Shown: positions 56,206 to 64,000 of the stretch, in pieces
Position numbering within the stretch: the first letter of the stretch is position 1
Layout of the letters: each line of letters starts with the position of its first letter
Source: Chloroflexota bacterium
GTDB lineage: Bacteria > Chloroflexota > Dehalococcoidia > Lucifugimonadales > GCA-2717565
DNA length: 64,000 nucleotides
Assembly: GCA_002717565.1 (NCBI GenBank)
Contig: PBAZ01000001.1
Coordinates: 261,683-325,682 of the forward strand
Direction: 5' to 3'
The notes under the pieces: model-generated
The model's database searches: none
The model's input: only the letters and a program-made list of their open reading frames with translations
Told to the model about the DNA's origin: nothing
Made by a program: the position numbers and the translations under genes

Positions 56206-56613
56206 TCAGTGAGCATCGACCCATATTTCTCCATCTTCAAAAACTTCCTTTTTCCATATAGGCACAGTTTCTTTTAGTCGGTCGACGAGATAGATGCAAG
56301 ACTCGAAAGCCTCGTTCCGATGGGCCGAAGATAACGCTACTACTAGGCTTATCTCACCGATTTCTAGTTTACCCACACGGTGCCCTATCGCTATATCTTT
56401 GACGGCCCATTTTTGTCTGATTTCATCGCAAAGTTCGTGTAATTTTTCTGAAGCCATTGGGTCATAGGATTCGTACTCTAGGTACAATACCTTTTTCCCG
56501 GCAGTTTCTTCACGCGTAGTGCCAAGGAATGTGATCACAGCCCCATGTGCTGTGCCCTTCACCGCTTCGGTGAATTGGTTGGGGTCTAAGGGAGTATCAG
56601 TGATAATGATCAT
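56206..56613 (-). CDS. moaE: Molybdopterin synthase catalytic subunit MoaE
   Basis: GAVITFLGTTRE, LEYESY and SLVVALSSAHRNEAFESCIYLVDRLKETVPIWKKE are MoaE signatures. ATGA overlap with the upstream moaD-like gene. Confidence 0.9.
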   Translation of the reverse strand: MIIITDTPLDPNQFTEAVKGTAHGAVITFLGTTREETAGKKVLYLEYESYDPMASEKLHELCDEIRQKWAVKDIAIGHRVGKLEIGEISLVVALSSAHRNEAFESCIYLVDRLKETVPIWKKEVFEDGEIWVDAH

Positions 56614-56864
56614 AAATACCCTCCACTGACAGGAGGGATTATTGCTATTTCGTCTGTTTCAGAAATTGGTTGGTCAAAAGTGGCATAGTCTCGATTGACG
56701 GCGAATACTAAACCTTCAGGACGCGGGAATATGGAGGGGTATTCTTGGTTTAATTTCTCCGCTAAATTGCCTATAGTGGCGGTTTCCGAAACAGCGATTT
56801 CCACCGAGTGACTTTTCATTTTTTCCCGGTCTCCAGCGAACAATAATATCTGAAATGTAATCAT
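56610..56864 (-). CDS. moaD: MoaD/ThiS-family sulfur-carrier protein with a C-terminal GG followed by two extra residues (…PPVSGG-YL)
   Basis: 84-aa beta-grasp-size protein translationally coupled to moaE. The C-terminus reads EIAIIPPVSGGYL-stop (codons GGA GGG TAT TTA TGA at 56624..56610). Confidence 0.75.
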   Translation of the reverse strand: MITFQILLFAGDREKMKSHSVEIAVSETATIGNLAEKLNQEYPSIFPRPEGLVFAVNRDYATFDQPISETDEIAIIPPVSGGYL

Positions 56865-56904
56865 ATCTTCTTCTTAGTTAGTTGGCGTCATGACGCATGA
56901 TTTG

Positions 56905-57531
56905 TTAGGGTTTATGATTGTCTTGCCAGATTGCTTTGAACCTTTGTCCTGATACTATCATACTCCCCACAGCTATAACCTGGATGCAGATGAATAAGCT
57001 GTCAGGGTACCAATGACTGGCGATAAGACCTACTACTACAAGGATCATTCGCTCCGGTCTAGTGATCCAGCCCATGGAAGAACTGACCCCAAGACTTTCA
57101 CCTTTAGCTCGAAGATAACTCACCATAAGGCTAGTGACTAGCGCGGTGCATGTCCACAAAACCTGCGGGTTAATTGAATCAGTGGAATTTTCGGCTGAAA
57201 CTAGATAGTGGCTGACAATGCATAGAAATATGATTGCCTCTGAAATCCTGTCTGCAATTGAATCTAATAAAGCCCCGCGGTTAGAAGCCGATCCGGTGGT
57301 GCGGGCTATGATCCCATCGAGCATATCAAGGCTGGCTCCAAACAGCAGAATGCACCCGGCAGCGACCAAGGAGTCTCGCAATATAAAGGTTGCTCCAAGA
57401 CAAGTTATCAAAAATCCTGCGACGGTGGCGTGGTTAGCCGTTACGCCTATAGGTACTAATATCTTTATGACAAGCAAGCTTAATACCTTTGACAGATGTT
57501 CCTTTATCGTAGCGCGGATATTCATCAGCAA
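56905..57531 (-). CDS. CDP-alcohol phosphatidyltransferase, probably phosphatidylinositol-phosphate synthase
   Basis: Perfect family motif D-x2-DG-x2-AR-x8-G-x3-D-x3-D in DMLDGIIARTTGSASNRGALLDSIAD. Six TM segments. The substrate is inferred from the ino1 and PimA-like neighbours. Confidence 0.85.
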   Translation of the reverse strand: MLMNIRATIKEHLSKVLSLLVIKILVPIGVTANHATVAGFLITCLGATFILRDSLVAAGCILLFGASLDMLDGIIARTTGSASNRGALLDSIADRISEAIIFLCIVSHYLVSAENSTDSINPQVLWTCTALVTSLMVSYLRAKGESLGVSSSMGWITRPERMILVVVGLIASHWYPDSLFICIQVIAVGSMIVSGQRFKAIWQDNHKP

Positions 57532-57540
57532 CCACTGATC

Positions 57541-58707
57541 CTATAAGGATAAAGGGATTGTGTTATCGGTGACATTCGGAGCACTCCTGTGTGTATGGGC
57601 ATTTATGGTTTCTAGGTAGACTGCAGCAATTTGGGAGGCGACATTTTTCCAATCATACGTATGTGATGTTTTTAGTCCTTCCTTACCCATTTTGAATCGC
57701 AAGTTGGGATTGTCAGTCAAATTACGTAGAGCCTCAGCTAGTGCACCAGCATCTTTGGGATTAACTAAAAGCCCCTCTTTTTCTGAAGTGATTACGCTCG
57801 CGTAACCGGGTATATTGCTTGCAACAATTGGTTTGCCTGATGCCATAGCTTCAAGTAGCACGATTCCGAAACTCTCTTGCCCCGTAGCAGGGCTGCAGAA
57901 AATATCAGCTGATTGATAATAGTTGGGAAGATCCTCGTATGATACTTCCCCAATCAACTCAATGTCATGCAAGTTTTTTTCGGCGATTAGGTGATATGAT
58001 TCCTTGTCTAGTGTTCCTGGACCGACTATGATCAGGCGAACATTGCGACGATCCCACTTGAGCATGCTAAATGCGGACACAAGATATTGTAATCCTTTTC
58101 TCTTTTCCATACGTCCCACGAATAGGATGTTCGTTTTATCGTCCGAAAAAGCAGCCAGTGGTGTTCTGGAAGATCGAAACATATCATAATCAATTCCATT
58201 AGGGATTATGTCGTAATTCCCAGGGAAATTTTTCATAATATGGTTTTTTGCCGGTACAGAAACCGCGATTCGCCGGTCTAGTTTGCTAAAAGAATTTTGA
58301 AGTATGCCGCTCTGGGCAAAATACTTCTGGGAGTTGTTGTCATATGCGTGAAATGTTCCAACTATTGGGCATGAGGCTCGATGAAGGCATGCCAATGGGA
58401 GAAAGGGTACCAAAGGTTCATGAATATGCAAAATATCGAATTTTTCGGTTTCTAGGACTTCTTGCACCTTGCGCATTAGCCAGAATGACACGGATATGCG
58501 TGCTATAGATCCTCCGGTGGGTATGGGGATTGGGTTACCCATGGGAATCACTGAATTTGGTAGTGGGTTTCGTTGAACATCGGAGCACGGAGCAATTATT
58601 TTAACAGTGTGTCCGAGATTGATCAGTTCTTTACTGAGGTTGTTTATATGGACAGTCACGCCACCTGGGTAGGAATAATCGTAAGGTGATACTAATCCGA
58701 TCTTCAT
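57541..58707 (-). CDS. GT4-family glycosyltransferase, PimA-like (phosphatidylinositol mannosyltransferase candidate)
   Basis: MKIGLVSPYDYSYPGGVTVHINNL N-terminus of the PimA type and the E-x7-E motif ESFGIVLLE. Neighbours are a PIP-synthase-like gene and ino1. Confidence 0.82.
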   Translation of the reverse strand: MKIGLVSPYDYSYPGGVTVHINNLSKELINLGHTVKIIAPCSDVQRNPLPNSVIPMGNPIPIPTGGSIARISVSFWLMRKVQEVLETEKFDILHIHEPLVPFLPLACLHRASCPIVGTFHAYDNNSQKYFAQSGILQNSFSKLDRRIAVSVPAKNHIMKNFPGNYDIIPNGIDYDMFRSSRTPLAAFSDDKTNILFVGRMEKRKGLQYLVSAFSMLKWDRRNVRLIIVGPGTLDKESYHLIAEKNLHDIELIGEVSYEDLPNYYQSADIFCSPATGQESFGIVLLEAMASGKPIVASNIPGYASVITSEKEGLLVNPKDAGALAEALRNLTDNPNLRFKMGKEGLKTSHTYDWKNVASQIAAVYLETINAHTHRSAPNVTDNTIPLSL

Positions 58708-58767
58708 CGCTGAACCTGACTTTGCTAGAGATTCGGTGGTTTGGTTTACTGTCTGCCTCAGTGGATA

Positions 58768-59844
58768 TTAGTCGCTGATGAACTTTTCAACCATCTCCCG
58801 TGCCACGTCGTCGGTGTATTGAATTGGAGGGCTTTTCATGAAGTATGATGAAGGGGCCGTTATCGCTCCGCTCATGTTTCTATCGAGCGCTATTTTGCAG
58901 CATCGGACTGCATCAACAACTACGCCTGCTGAATTTGGGCTATCCCAAACTTCGAGTTTAAGCTCGACATTCAGCGGTACATCGCCAAATGTTCTCCCCT
59001 CCATCCGTATGTATGCCCATTTTCTATCTTCAAGCCACGGAACGTAATCACTTGGTCCTACGTGTATGGCATCGCCTGGGATGCTGTAGTCTAACTGTGA
59101 GGTCACGGATTGCGTTTTGGAGATTTTTTTGGAGTCAAGTCTTTCGCGCTCTAGCATATTGTAGAAATCTGTATTTCCTCCAAAATTGAGCTGATACATC
59201 CTCTCGACTTTCACCCCGCGATCGGCGAACAGTCGAGTTAGCAGTCGGTGTGTGATAGTAGCTCCAACTTGAGATTTGATATCATCTCCTATTATAGGTA
59301 ATCCACTGTCCTCAAATCGTTTTTGCCAATATGATTCTTGGGCTATGAACACAGGAAGACAATTGACATAGCCACATCCAGCAGTTAGAACTTGTTCAAC
59401 GTACCATTTTGTTGCTTCTTCTGCCCCAACTGGCAAATAACTTACTACAACGTCGACTTCTTTTTCCTTTAATATCTTAGCTACATTATCTGTCTCTCCA
59501 GGAGCCTTAGTTATTATTTCAGAGAGATATTTCCCTAATCCGTCATGAGTCATCCCTCTGTTGACGGGGACACCTAGTTTTGGCACATCCTGAAACTTGT
59601 ATGTGTTATTGGGAGCTTCAAAGATAGCCTCAGACAGATCTTTGCCTACTTTGTTGCTGTCGATATCAAAAGCTGCAACAAACTCAATATCTCCGATATG
59701 ATATTTGCCCATGACAGGATGCATTAAGCCAGGTATGAGTTCGTCTACCGGCGCGTCGCGATATTTGAATACGCCCTGAACTAGTGACGATGCGCAGTTA
59801 CCTACACCAATTATTGCTACCTTTATTTTGTTGCCCTGGGTCAT
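58768..59844 (-). CDS. ino1: myo-Inositol-1-phosphate synthase (bacterial/archaeal short form)
   Basis: [20 protein letters not shown]-binding motif, [14 protein letters not shown] and SYFMKSPP motifs; 358 aa. Confidence 0.9.
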   Translation of the reverse strand: MTQGNKIKVAIIGVGNCASSLVQGVFKYRDAPVDELIPGLMHPVMGKYHIGDIEFVAAFDIDSNKVGKDLSEAIFEAPNNTYKFQDVPKLGVPVNRGMTHDGLGKYLSEIITKAPGETDNVAKILKEKEVDVVVSYLPVGAEEATKWYVEQVLTAGCGYVNCLPVFIAQESYWQKRFEDSGLPIIGDDIKSQVGATITHRLLTRLFADRGVKVERMYQLNFGGNTDFYNMLERERLDSKKISKTQSVTSQLDYSIPGDAIHVGPSDYVPWLEDRKWAYIRMEGRTFGDVPLNVELKLEVWDSPNSAGVVVDAVRCCKIALDRNMSGAITAPSSYFMKSPPIQYTDDVAREMVEKFISD

Positions 59845-60233
59845 CAGTTACTCCTAATTGCAAGGATATGTATCATGGGATATCAAATGTATCGGTGAGT
59901 TCATCCCAACTTTACCCTGATTCAATTTCTGTGTGACAGTCGGTATCCGTAATGGTATCTGAAGCCTCAAACCCACGCAATACATAAAGCAGTGATTTTG
60001 TGCACTTACCTAGATTATTGGGTCCGTTTTGCTTTTCTCAGTATTTTGATTTAGTTGGACTGGGATTCGATGGTAATATTGTTTGGACGGCAGTATGTAT
60101 TCGTATCGAGGTTAATCTGGTTGCAAGATTTTCAGACTTTAACTACGATGAACGCGGCTACAAACTAGGGGAGACAGTTTAAGCTGGAACGTTCAGTAGC
60201 ATGTCCTCTGGGCATTGCGTAAGGAATTCACGA

Positions 60234-61544
60234 TTGATTGATATCGAAATTATAAGGAATACCCCGGATATCCTACGAGGTGCCTTGGCGTTACGCGGTG
60301 AAGATTCTAGTATTGTGGACGAACTAATAACTATGGATCTCTCGCGTAAGGAACTTGCTCGACAAGTTGAAGAATTGAGAGCTCATCGCAATCGCGTCAG
60401 CAAGGAAATTGGAGCATCCAAGAATGTGGATAAGAAGGTGGAATCTCAGCAATCCAATGATTTGGATTCTATACGGTCTGAGATGCGGGGAATAGGCGAT
60501 TCTATCAAGAGCTTGGATGATGAACTGACTGAGATAGAGGATCGTCTGCGTGCTAATTTGATGATGATCCCTAACATACCCCTAGATAGTGTCCCCTCTG
60601 GTGATGATGAATCCAGCAATATAGTTTTGCGAGCATTGGGGGAACCAACAGAATTTGATTTCACTCCAAAACCTCACTGGGAACTTGGACAGGAATTGGG
60701 AATAATCGATTTTGAGAGAGGGACCAAGCTGGCGGGATCTCGATTTTTTGCACTTAAGGGGTTGGGTGCCCGTTTAGAAAGGGCATTGGTCAATTGGATG
60801 CTGGATACACATCTTTCTGATCATGGGTACACAGAATGGGCAACGCCCTATTTAGTGAAACCGGAGGTAATGGAGGGCAGCGGGAACTTGCCAAAATTTG
60901 TTGATAACCTCTATCACGATGATGAGGACGATTTATGGCTGATACCGACGGCAGAGGTACCTCTGACTGGCATTCATAGAGATGAAATTATCCCTGCGGG
61001 TGAGCTTCCTTTGTCGTATGTGGCTTTTGCTCCTAGTTTCAGGAGGGAAAAAGCTGCTGCGGGGAAAGATACCAGGGGGATTAAAAGAGTTCACCAATTC
61101 GACAAGGTTGAACTGTACAAGCTGGTAGAACCTGAAGAGTCCGAGGGTGCATTGGAAGAGCTACTGAGTCATGCGGAGAGGATTTGCCAGTTACTAAAAA
61201 TACCCTACAGGGTGATTGAGATTTGTTCGGGGGATCTAGGATTCCAGTCTGCCAAAACATATGACATTGAGATGTGGTCTCCTGGGGTTGCAGAGTGGCT
61301 GGAAGTTTCGAGTTGCTCCAATTGTTGGGATTTTCAGAGCAGAAGGTCAATGATCCGATACAGACCTTCTCTGGAAGCGAGGCCACGGTACCCACATACC
61401 CTCAACGGCTCAGGGTTAGCAATTCCAAGGGTTTTGATCGCAATTATTGAGAATTATCAACAATCAGATGGATCATTTAAAATACCGGACGTGCTAGTTC
61501 CTTATATTGGCCGAACATTTGTGAGTAGAGAGTCGTCAGTCTGA
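60234..61544 (+). CDS. serS: Serine--tRNA ligase
   Basis: (TTG)IDIEIIRNTPD N-terminal coiled-coil arm and class II motifs (FRREKAAAGKDTRGIKRVHQFDKVE, GSGLAIPR). AAGGAA SD before TTG 60234; the track ATG 60201 adds 11 non-conserved aa. Confidence 0.93.
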   Translation: MIDIEIIRNTPDILRGALALRGEDSSIVDELITMDLSRKELARQVEELRAHRNRVSKEIGASKNVDKKVESQQSNDLDSIRSEMRGIGDSIKSLDDELTEIEDRLRANLMMIPNIPLDSVPSGDDESSNIVLRALGEPTEFDFTPKPHWELGQELGIIDFERGTKLAGSRFFALKGLGARLERALVNWMLDTHLSDHGYTEWATPYLVKPEVMEGSGNLPKFVDNLYHDDEDDLWLIPTAEVPLTGIHRDEIIPAGELPLSYVAFAPSFRREKAAAGKDTRGIKRVHQFDKVELYKLVEPEESEGALEELLSHAERICQLLKIPYRVIEICSGDLGFQSAKTYDIEMWSPGVAEWLEVSSCSNCWDFQSRRSMIRYRPSLEARPRYPHTLNGSGLAIPRVLIAIIENYQQSDGSFKIPDVLVPYIGRTFVSRESSV

Positions 61545-61557
61545 TTTTGAATAGGTC

Positions 61558-62172
61558 TTATGAAGTTGTCTCATAGTTTGGGCGAACCAGAGTGAATGAC
61601 CTATCAGTATGTGAATATTCGCTTCCCCCTAGTCTTCCAATTGCCTTTAACTTTTTAGGATCTACTCTGTTGTTGGTAACAATCTTGTCATCTATATGCA
61701 TGATTAGGACTTCTGCAAGTACCAGTCCAGACTCCGTTTGATCTTTTCCGATTGATACCACTTGGGTTAGCTTGCATTCCAAATTCACAGGAGATTCAAG
61801 GAGTCTCGGTGCGCTTACCAACTCTGATGGAGCTGACGTTAAACCTGCAATTTCAAATTCATTCACTTCTGTTGGATATTCTGCAGCAGTTAAGTTCATT
61901 GCTTCAACTATATCCTCGGTGACGATATTTATTACGAATTCTTTGGTAGATTCGATGTTCGCAAGGGTGTCTTTGCGTTTTGAAGGAGCGTTACGGGCAA
62001 TAGATATAGCAACCGTCGGAGGATTTGATGAAACGGCGTTGAAGAAAGAGAATGGAGCCAGATTAAGCTCGCCAGATAAAGAAATTGTGGATATGAAGGC
62101 TATCGGGCGGGGTATAACTACTCCTGTAAGTGTGTAGTAGAAATTTTCGTTGCTCTTTGGGTCGATGATCAC
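61558..62172 (-). CDS. Flavin reductase-like FMN-binding split-barrel protein
   Basis: VIPRPIAFISTISLSGELNLAPFSFFNAVSSNPPTVAISI is the flavin-reductase-domain signature. I chose the start GTG 62172 (GGAGA SD 6 nt upstream). The track's extra 63 N-terminal aa run through the rplU promoter and start. Confidence 0.75.
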   Translation of the reverse strand: MIIDPKSNENFYYTLTGVVIPRPIAFISTISLSGELNLAPFSFFNAVSSNPPTVAISIARNAPSKRKDTLANIESTKEFVINIVTEDIVEAMNLTAAEYPTEVNEFEIAGLTSAPSELVSAPRLLESPVNLECKLTQVVSIGKDQTESGLVLAEVLIMHIDDKIVTNNRVDPKKLKAIGRLGGSEYSHTDRSFTLVRPNYETTS

Positions 62173-62248
62173 GTGTAGTCTCCATTGGGTTGATTCACTG
62201 GATGTCGTCCGGAAACATATTATACACAGGTTGGGTGAGTGGGTTACC

Positions 62249-62277
62249 TTGACATCAAGGTTGGTCACACATAGAAT
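62249..62277 (+). promoter_or_regulatory. rplU-rpmA-rpmE promoter TTGACA-17 nt-TAGAAT
   Basis: -35 at 62249..62254, an exact 17-nt spacer, and -10 at 62272..62277. The rplU ATG (62287) lies only 9 nt beyond the -10 and has no SD. Confidence 0.55.
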
Positions 62278-62286
62278 ACTTTGGTT

Positions 62287-62631
62287 ATGAGTGATAATGA
62301 CTACGCAATAATTAGAGCAGACGGGCGACAGTATAAAGTCTCCGAAGGTATCAGTATACATGTGGATCGATTAGATGCCGAATTAGGAGATACTAAGACG
62401 TTCGAGGATGTTTTGCTACTCTCGCAGGGTGACACGTTGCTGGTTGGTAACGGATCCCAAGGGGTTGAGGGAGCTCGGGTAGTTGCAGAAGTTCAAGAGC
62501 ACGGCAGAGATAAGAAAATTGTGGTGTTCAAATACAAAGCCAAGACTCGGTATCGGAAAAAGCAAGGGCACCGACAGGGATACACAAAGGTTAAGGTAAG
62601 TAAGATTCTTGCTCCGGGTCAGGATGGATAG
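62287..62631 (+). CDS. rplU: 50S ribosomal protein L21
   Basis: [16 protein letters not shown]...[28 protein letters not shown]. Confidence 0.94.
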   Translation: MSDNDYAIIRADGRQYKVSEGISIHVDRLDAELGDTKTFEDVLLLSQGDTLLVGNGSQGVEGARVVAEVQEHGRDKKIVVFKYKAKTRYRKKQGHRQGYTKVKVSKILAPGQDG

Positions 62632-62636
62632 CTGAT

Positions 62637-62909
62637 ATGGCACACAAAAAAGGCGGAGGAAGCAGCCGCAACGGCAGAAATTCCCCGGGACAGCGTTTAG
62701 GAGTAAAGCGCGGGGATGGGCAAACGGTGAATGCCGGCACCATACTCGTCAGACAAAGGGGAACGAAGATTCAGCCAGGGCGCAATGTCGGACTTGGCAG
62801 GGACTTTACTCTCTTCGCTAAATCCGATGGCGTGGTTCGATTTGAGCATGCTACTAAATTCCGAAAGCGAGCCAGTGTCTACCCTGTAGACCAAGGTAGC
62901 AAGGATTAA
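62637..62909 (+). CDS. rpmA: 50S ribosomal protein L27
   Basis: [25 protein letters not shown]...[11 protein letters not shown]. There is no N-terminal propeptide. Confidence 0.96.
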   Translation: MAHKKGGGSSRNGRNSPGQRLGVKRGDGQTVNAGTILVRQRGTKIQPGRNVGLGRDFTLFAKSDGVVRFEHATKFRKRASVYPVDQGSKD

Positions 62910-62911
62910 TT

Positions 62912-63124
62912 GTGAAACCAGAAATACATCCCGCATATTATGAACAGGCTACTGTGGTGTGCTCGTGCGGCAACAGCTTCACAACTGGAGCGGCCAAAGA
63001 GGAACTGCGCATCGAAATCTGCAGTGCATGCCATCCCTTCTTTACTGGCGAACAACGAATAGTTGATACTGAGGGTAGAGTTGAACGTCTGCGACGTCGC
63101 TTTAGCCTGAACGATGACGATTAG
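62912..63124 (+). CDS. rpmE: 50S ribosomal protein L31, zinc-ribbon (C+) type
   Basis: [10 protein letters not shown]..., CSCG ... [10 protein letters not shown] (four Cys). GTG start. Confidence 0.92.
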   Translation: MKPEIHPAYYEQATVVCSCGNSFTTGAAKEELRIEICSACHPFFTGEQRIVDTEGRVERLRRRFSLNDDD

Positions 63125-63155
63125 ATTTTGAAAGAACAGCAGTAGTTCACTAGCA

Positions 63156-64000
63156 ATGACTGAACAGCGACCTTCTCCTACTTACGGCGGCCAAGCACTG
63201 ATCGAAGGTGTAATGATCAGGGGGGCAACAAGGGCAGCCTTGGCCGTGAGATTGCCCGATAGCACTATTCATTCGGAAGAATGTCATCTTCCAAGATTCA
63301 GTACTGGCGGAAGGCGACGCGTTCCGTTTGTCAGGGGTGTCTTGATTTTGGGAGAGACCCTTGTAGTCGGCGTCAAGGCTTTAACCCGATCAGCAAATCT
63401 TGCTATTGAAGAAGAGGAAGACGCGGCCCCTTTATCAAATTGGGCCATCACTCTCACCCTGATAAGCTCGGCACTAATAGGAATAGGGGTGTTTTTCCTG
63501 TCTCCACTGTTTATCGCTCGATTACTGGGTCACCTTGTCGAAATGAATGCAGTCTTGATGAATACAATCGAGGGGATAACCAGACTGTTATTGCTCGTTC
63601 TCTATGTGTGGGTGATCGGGAGAATGGCTGATGTTAGGCGGGTGTATGCTTATCATGGGGCAGAGCATATGACGGTTCATGCAGTTGAGCATGGAGATAC
63701 TCTCGTAATTGATAACATAAGGAAGTACCCTAAGGAACATCCTAGGTGTGGTACAGCATTTCTGTTGACGGTGATGTTGGTAGCCTTAGTTGTCTTCTCC
63801 GTTATGCATACAGAATCCATTTTGATTAGTGCGGGTCTCCGCGTGGTGTTGATCCCTGTTATTGCTTCGGTGAGTTATGAAGTAATAAAGTGGAGTTCGT
63901 TACACGGGGATAGTTGGACCGGTAAACTCACTTCTACCCCGGGGTTGTGGCTTCAGAAGATCACCACGCATGTCCCTGAGTCAGATCAAATCCAGGTGGC
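63156..64000 (+). CDS. DUF1385-family membrane protein, 5' portion; runs off the right edge
   Basis: My own translation from ATG 63156: MTEQRPSPTYGGQALIEGVMIRG...YHGAEHMTVHA...HPRCGTAFLL. This is the YGGQA-IEGVMMR / GAEH / RCGT signature of DUF1385, a family often found next to rpmE. Confidence 0.8.
   Translation, partial: MTEQRPSPTYGGQALIEGVMIRGATRAALAVRLPDSTIHSEECHLPRFSTGGRRRVPFVRGVLILGETLVVGVKALTRSANLAIEEEEDAAPLSNWAITLTLISSALIGIGVFFLSPLFIARLLGHLVEMNAVLMNTIEGITRLLLLVLYVWVIGRMADVRRVYAYHGAEHMTVHAVEHGDTLVIDNIRKYPKEHPRCGTAFLLTVMLVALVVFSVMHTESILISAGLRVVLIPVIASVSYEVIKWSSLHGDSWTGKLTSTPGLWLQKITTHVPESDQIQV

Noticed and set aside
56007-56240. 77-aa Cys-containing minus-strand ORF between moaE and miaB
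   Set aside because: Its 5' end overlaps moaE and its 3' end overlaps tRNA-Ser. The region contains the candidate tRNA promoter, and the ORF has no SD.
60000-60182. 60-aa GTG-initiated ORF in the ino1/serS intergenic region
   Set aside because: It has no SD and no recognisable motif, and it is barely above the size cut-off. I treat the region as non-coding.
62173-62361. N-terminal 63 aa of the flavin-reductase ORF
   Set aside because: This extension runs antisense through the rplU promoter and start codon, and the conserved domain begins after it. An SD-preceded GTG at 62172 is a better start.
1-64000. Search for CRISPR arrays, transposases/integrases, phage genes, toxin-antitoxin pairs and rRNA
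   Set aside because: I found no repeat-spacer periodicity, no recombinase or transposase-like ORF, no small paired ORFs with TA-like features and no rRNA-like sequence. The only tandem repeat is the coding array in znuA.

Overview
Dense chromosomal window. I call 63 protein-coding genes and 3 tRNAs. I found no rRNA, CRISPR array, transposase, integrase or phage genes. It looks moderately AT-rich by eye (not computed). Most of the content is core metabolism and housekeeping. Left to right: a partial family III CoA-transferase, a DtxR-family repressor, a VOC protein, a JAMM/MPN+ protease, selD, eno and gap; a complete ilvBNC-leuA-leuCD-leuB block followed by tRNA-Thr; a pterin dehydratase and an HDAC-like deacetylase; hspR-grpE-dnaK and cinA; a GldA/F/G-like ABC cluster with a DUF4340 protein; a TPR protein, a small zinc-ribbon gene and tRNA-Gly; zur diverging from znuACB plus an MBL-fold hydrolase; a tri-domain acyl-ligase/carrier/acyltransferase gene; a 1478-aa GT-C/YYY membrane protein; YihY and HtrA; ileS; a RumA-type methyltransferase; tatB-like/tatC/tatA; dtd; nadC, nadB, a DinB-family gene and nadA; miaB and tRNA-Ser; moaDE; a CDP-alcohol phosphatidyltransferase, a PimA-like GT4 and ino1; serS; a flavin reductase; rplU-rpmA-rpmE; and a partial DUF1385 gene. 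The YYY/DUF2298 domain, the DUF5679 zinc ribbon, HspR-type heat-shock control and the inositol-lipid genes suggest a Chloroflexota-like organism; this is inference only. Most notable observations: (1) selD is a selenoprotein gene with an in-frame TGA and a SECIS-like hairpin, and the ORF track truncates it. (2) An adjacent pair, acyl-AMP ligase + carrier domain + HX4D acyltransferase in one polypeptide followed by a two-module GT-C/YYY giant membrane protein, is the best candidate here for an uncharacterised envelope-lipid system. (3) A MoaD-like carrier ends in GG-YL, and an orphan JAMM protease lies elsewhere in the window. (4) A HAIR-like operator overlaps a near-consensus promoter in front of hspR-grpE-dnaK. 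(5) An ino1/PimA-like/PIP-synthase cluster is present. I saw no canonical defence system or mobile island.
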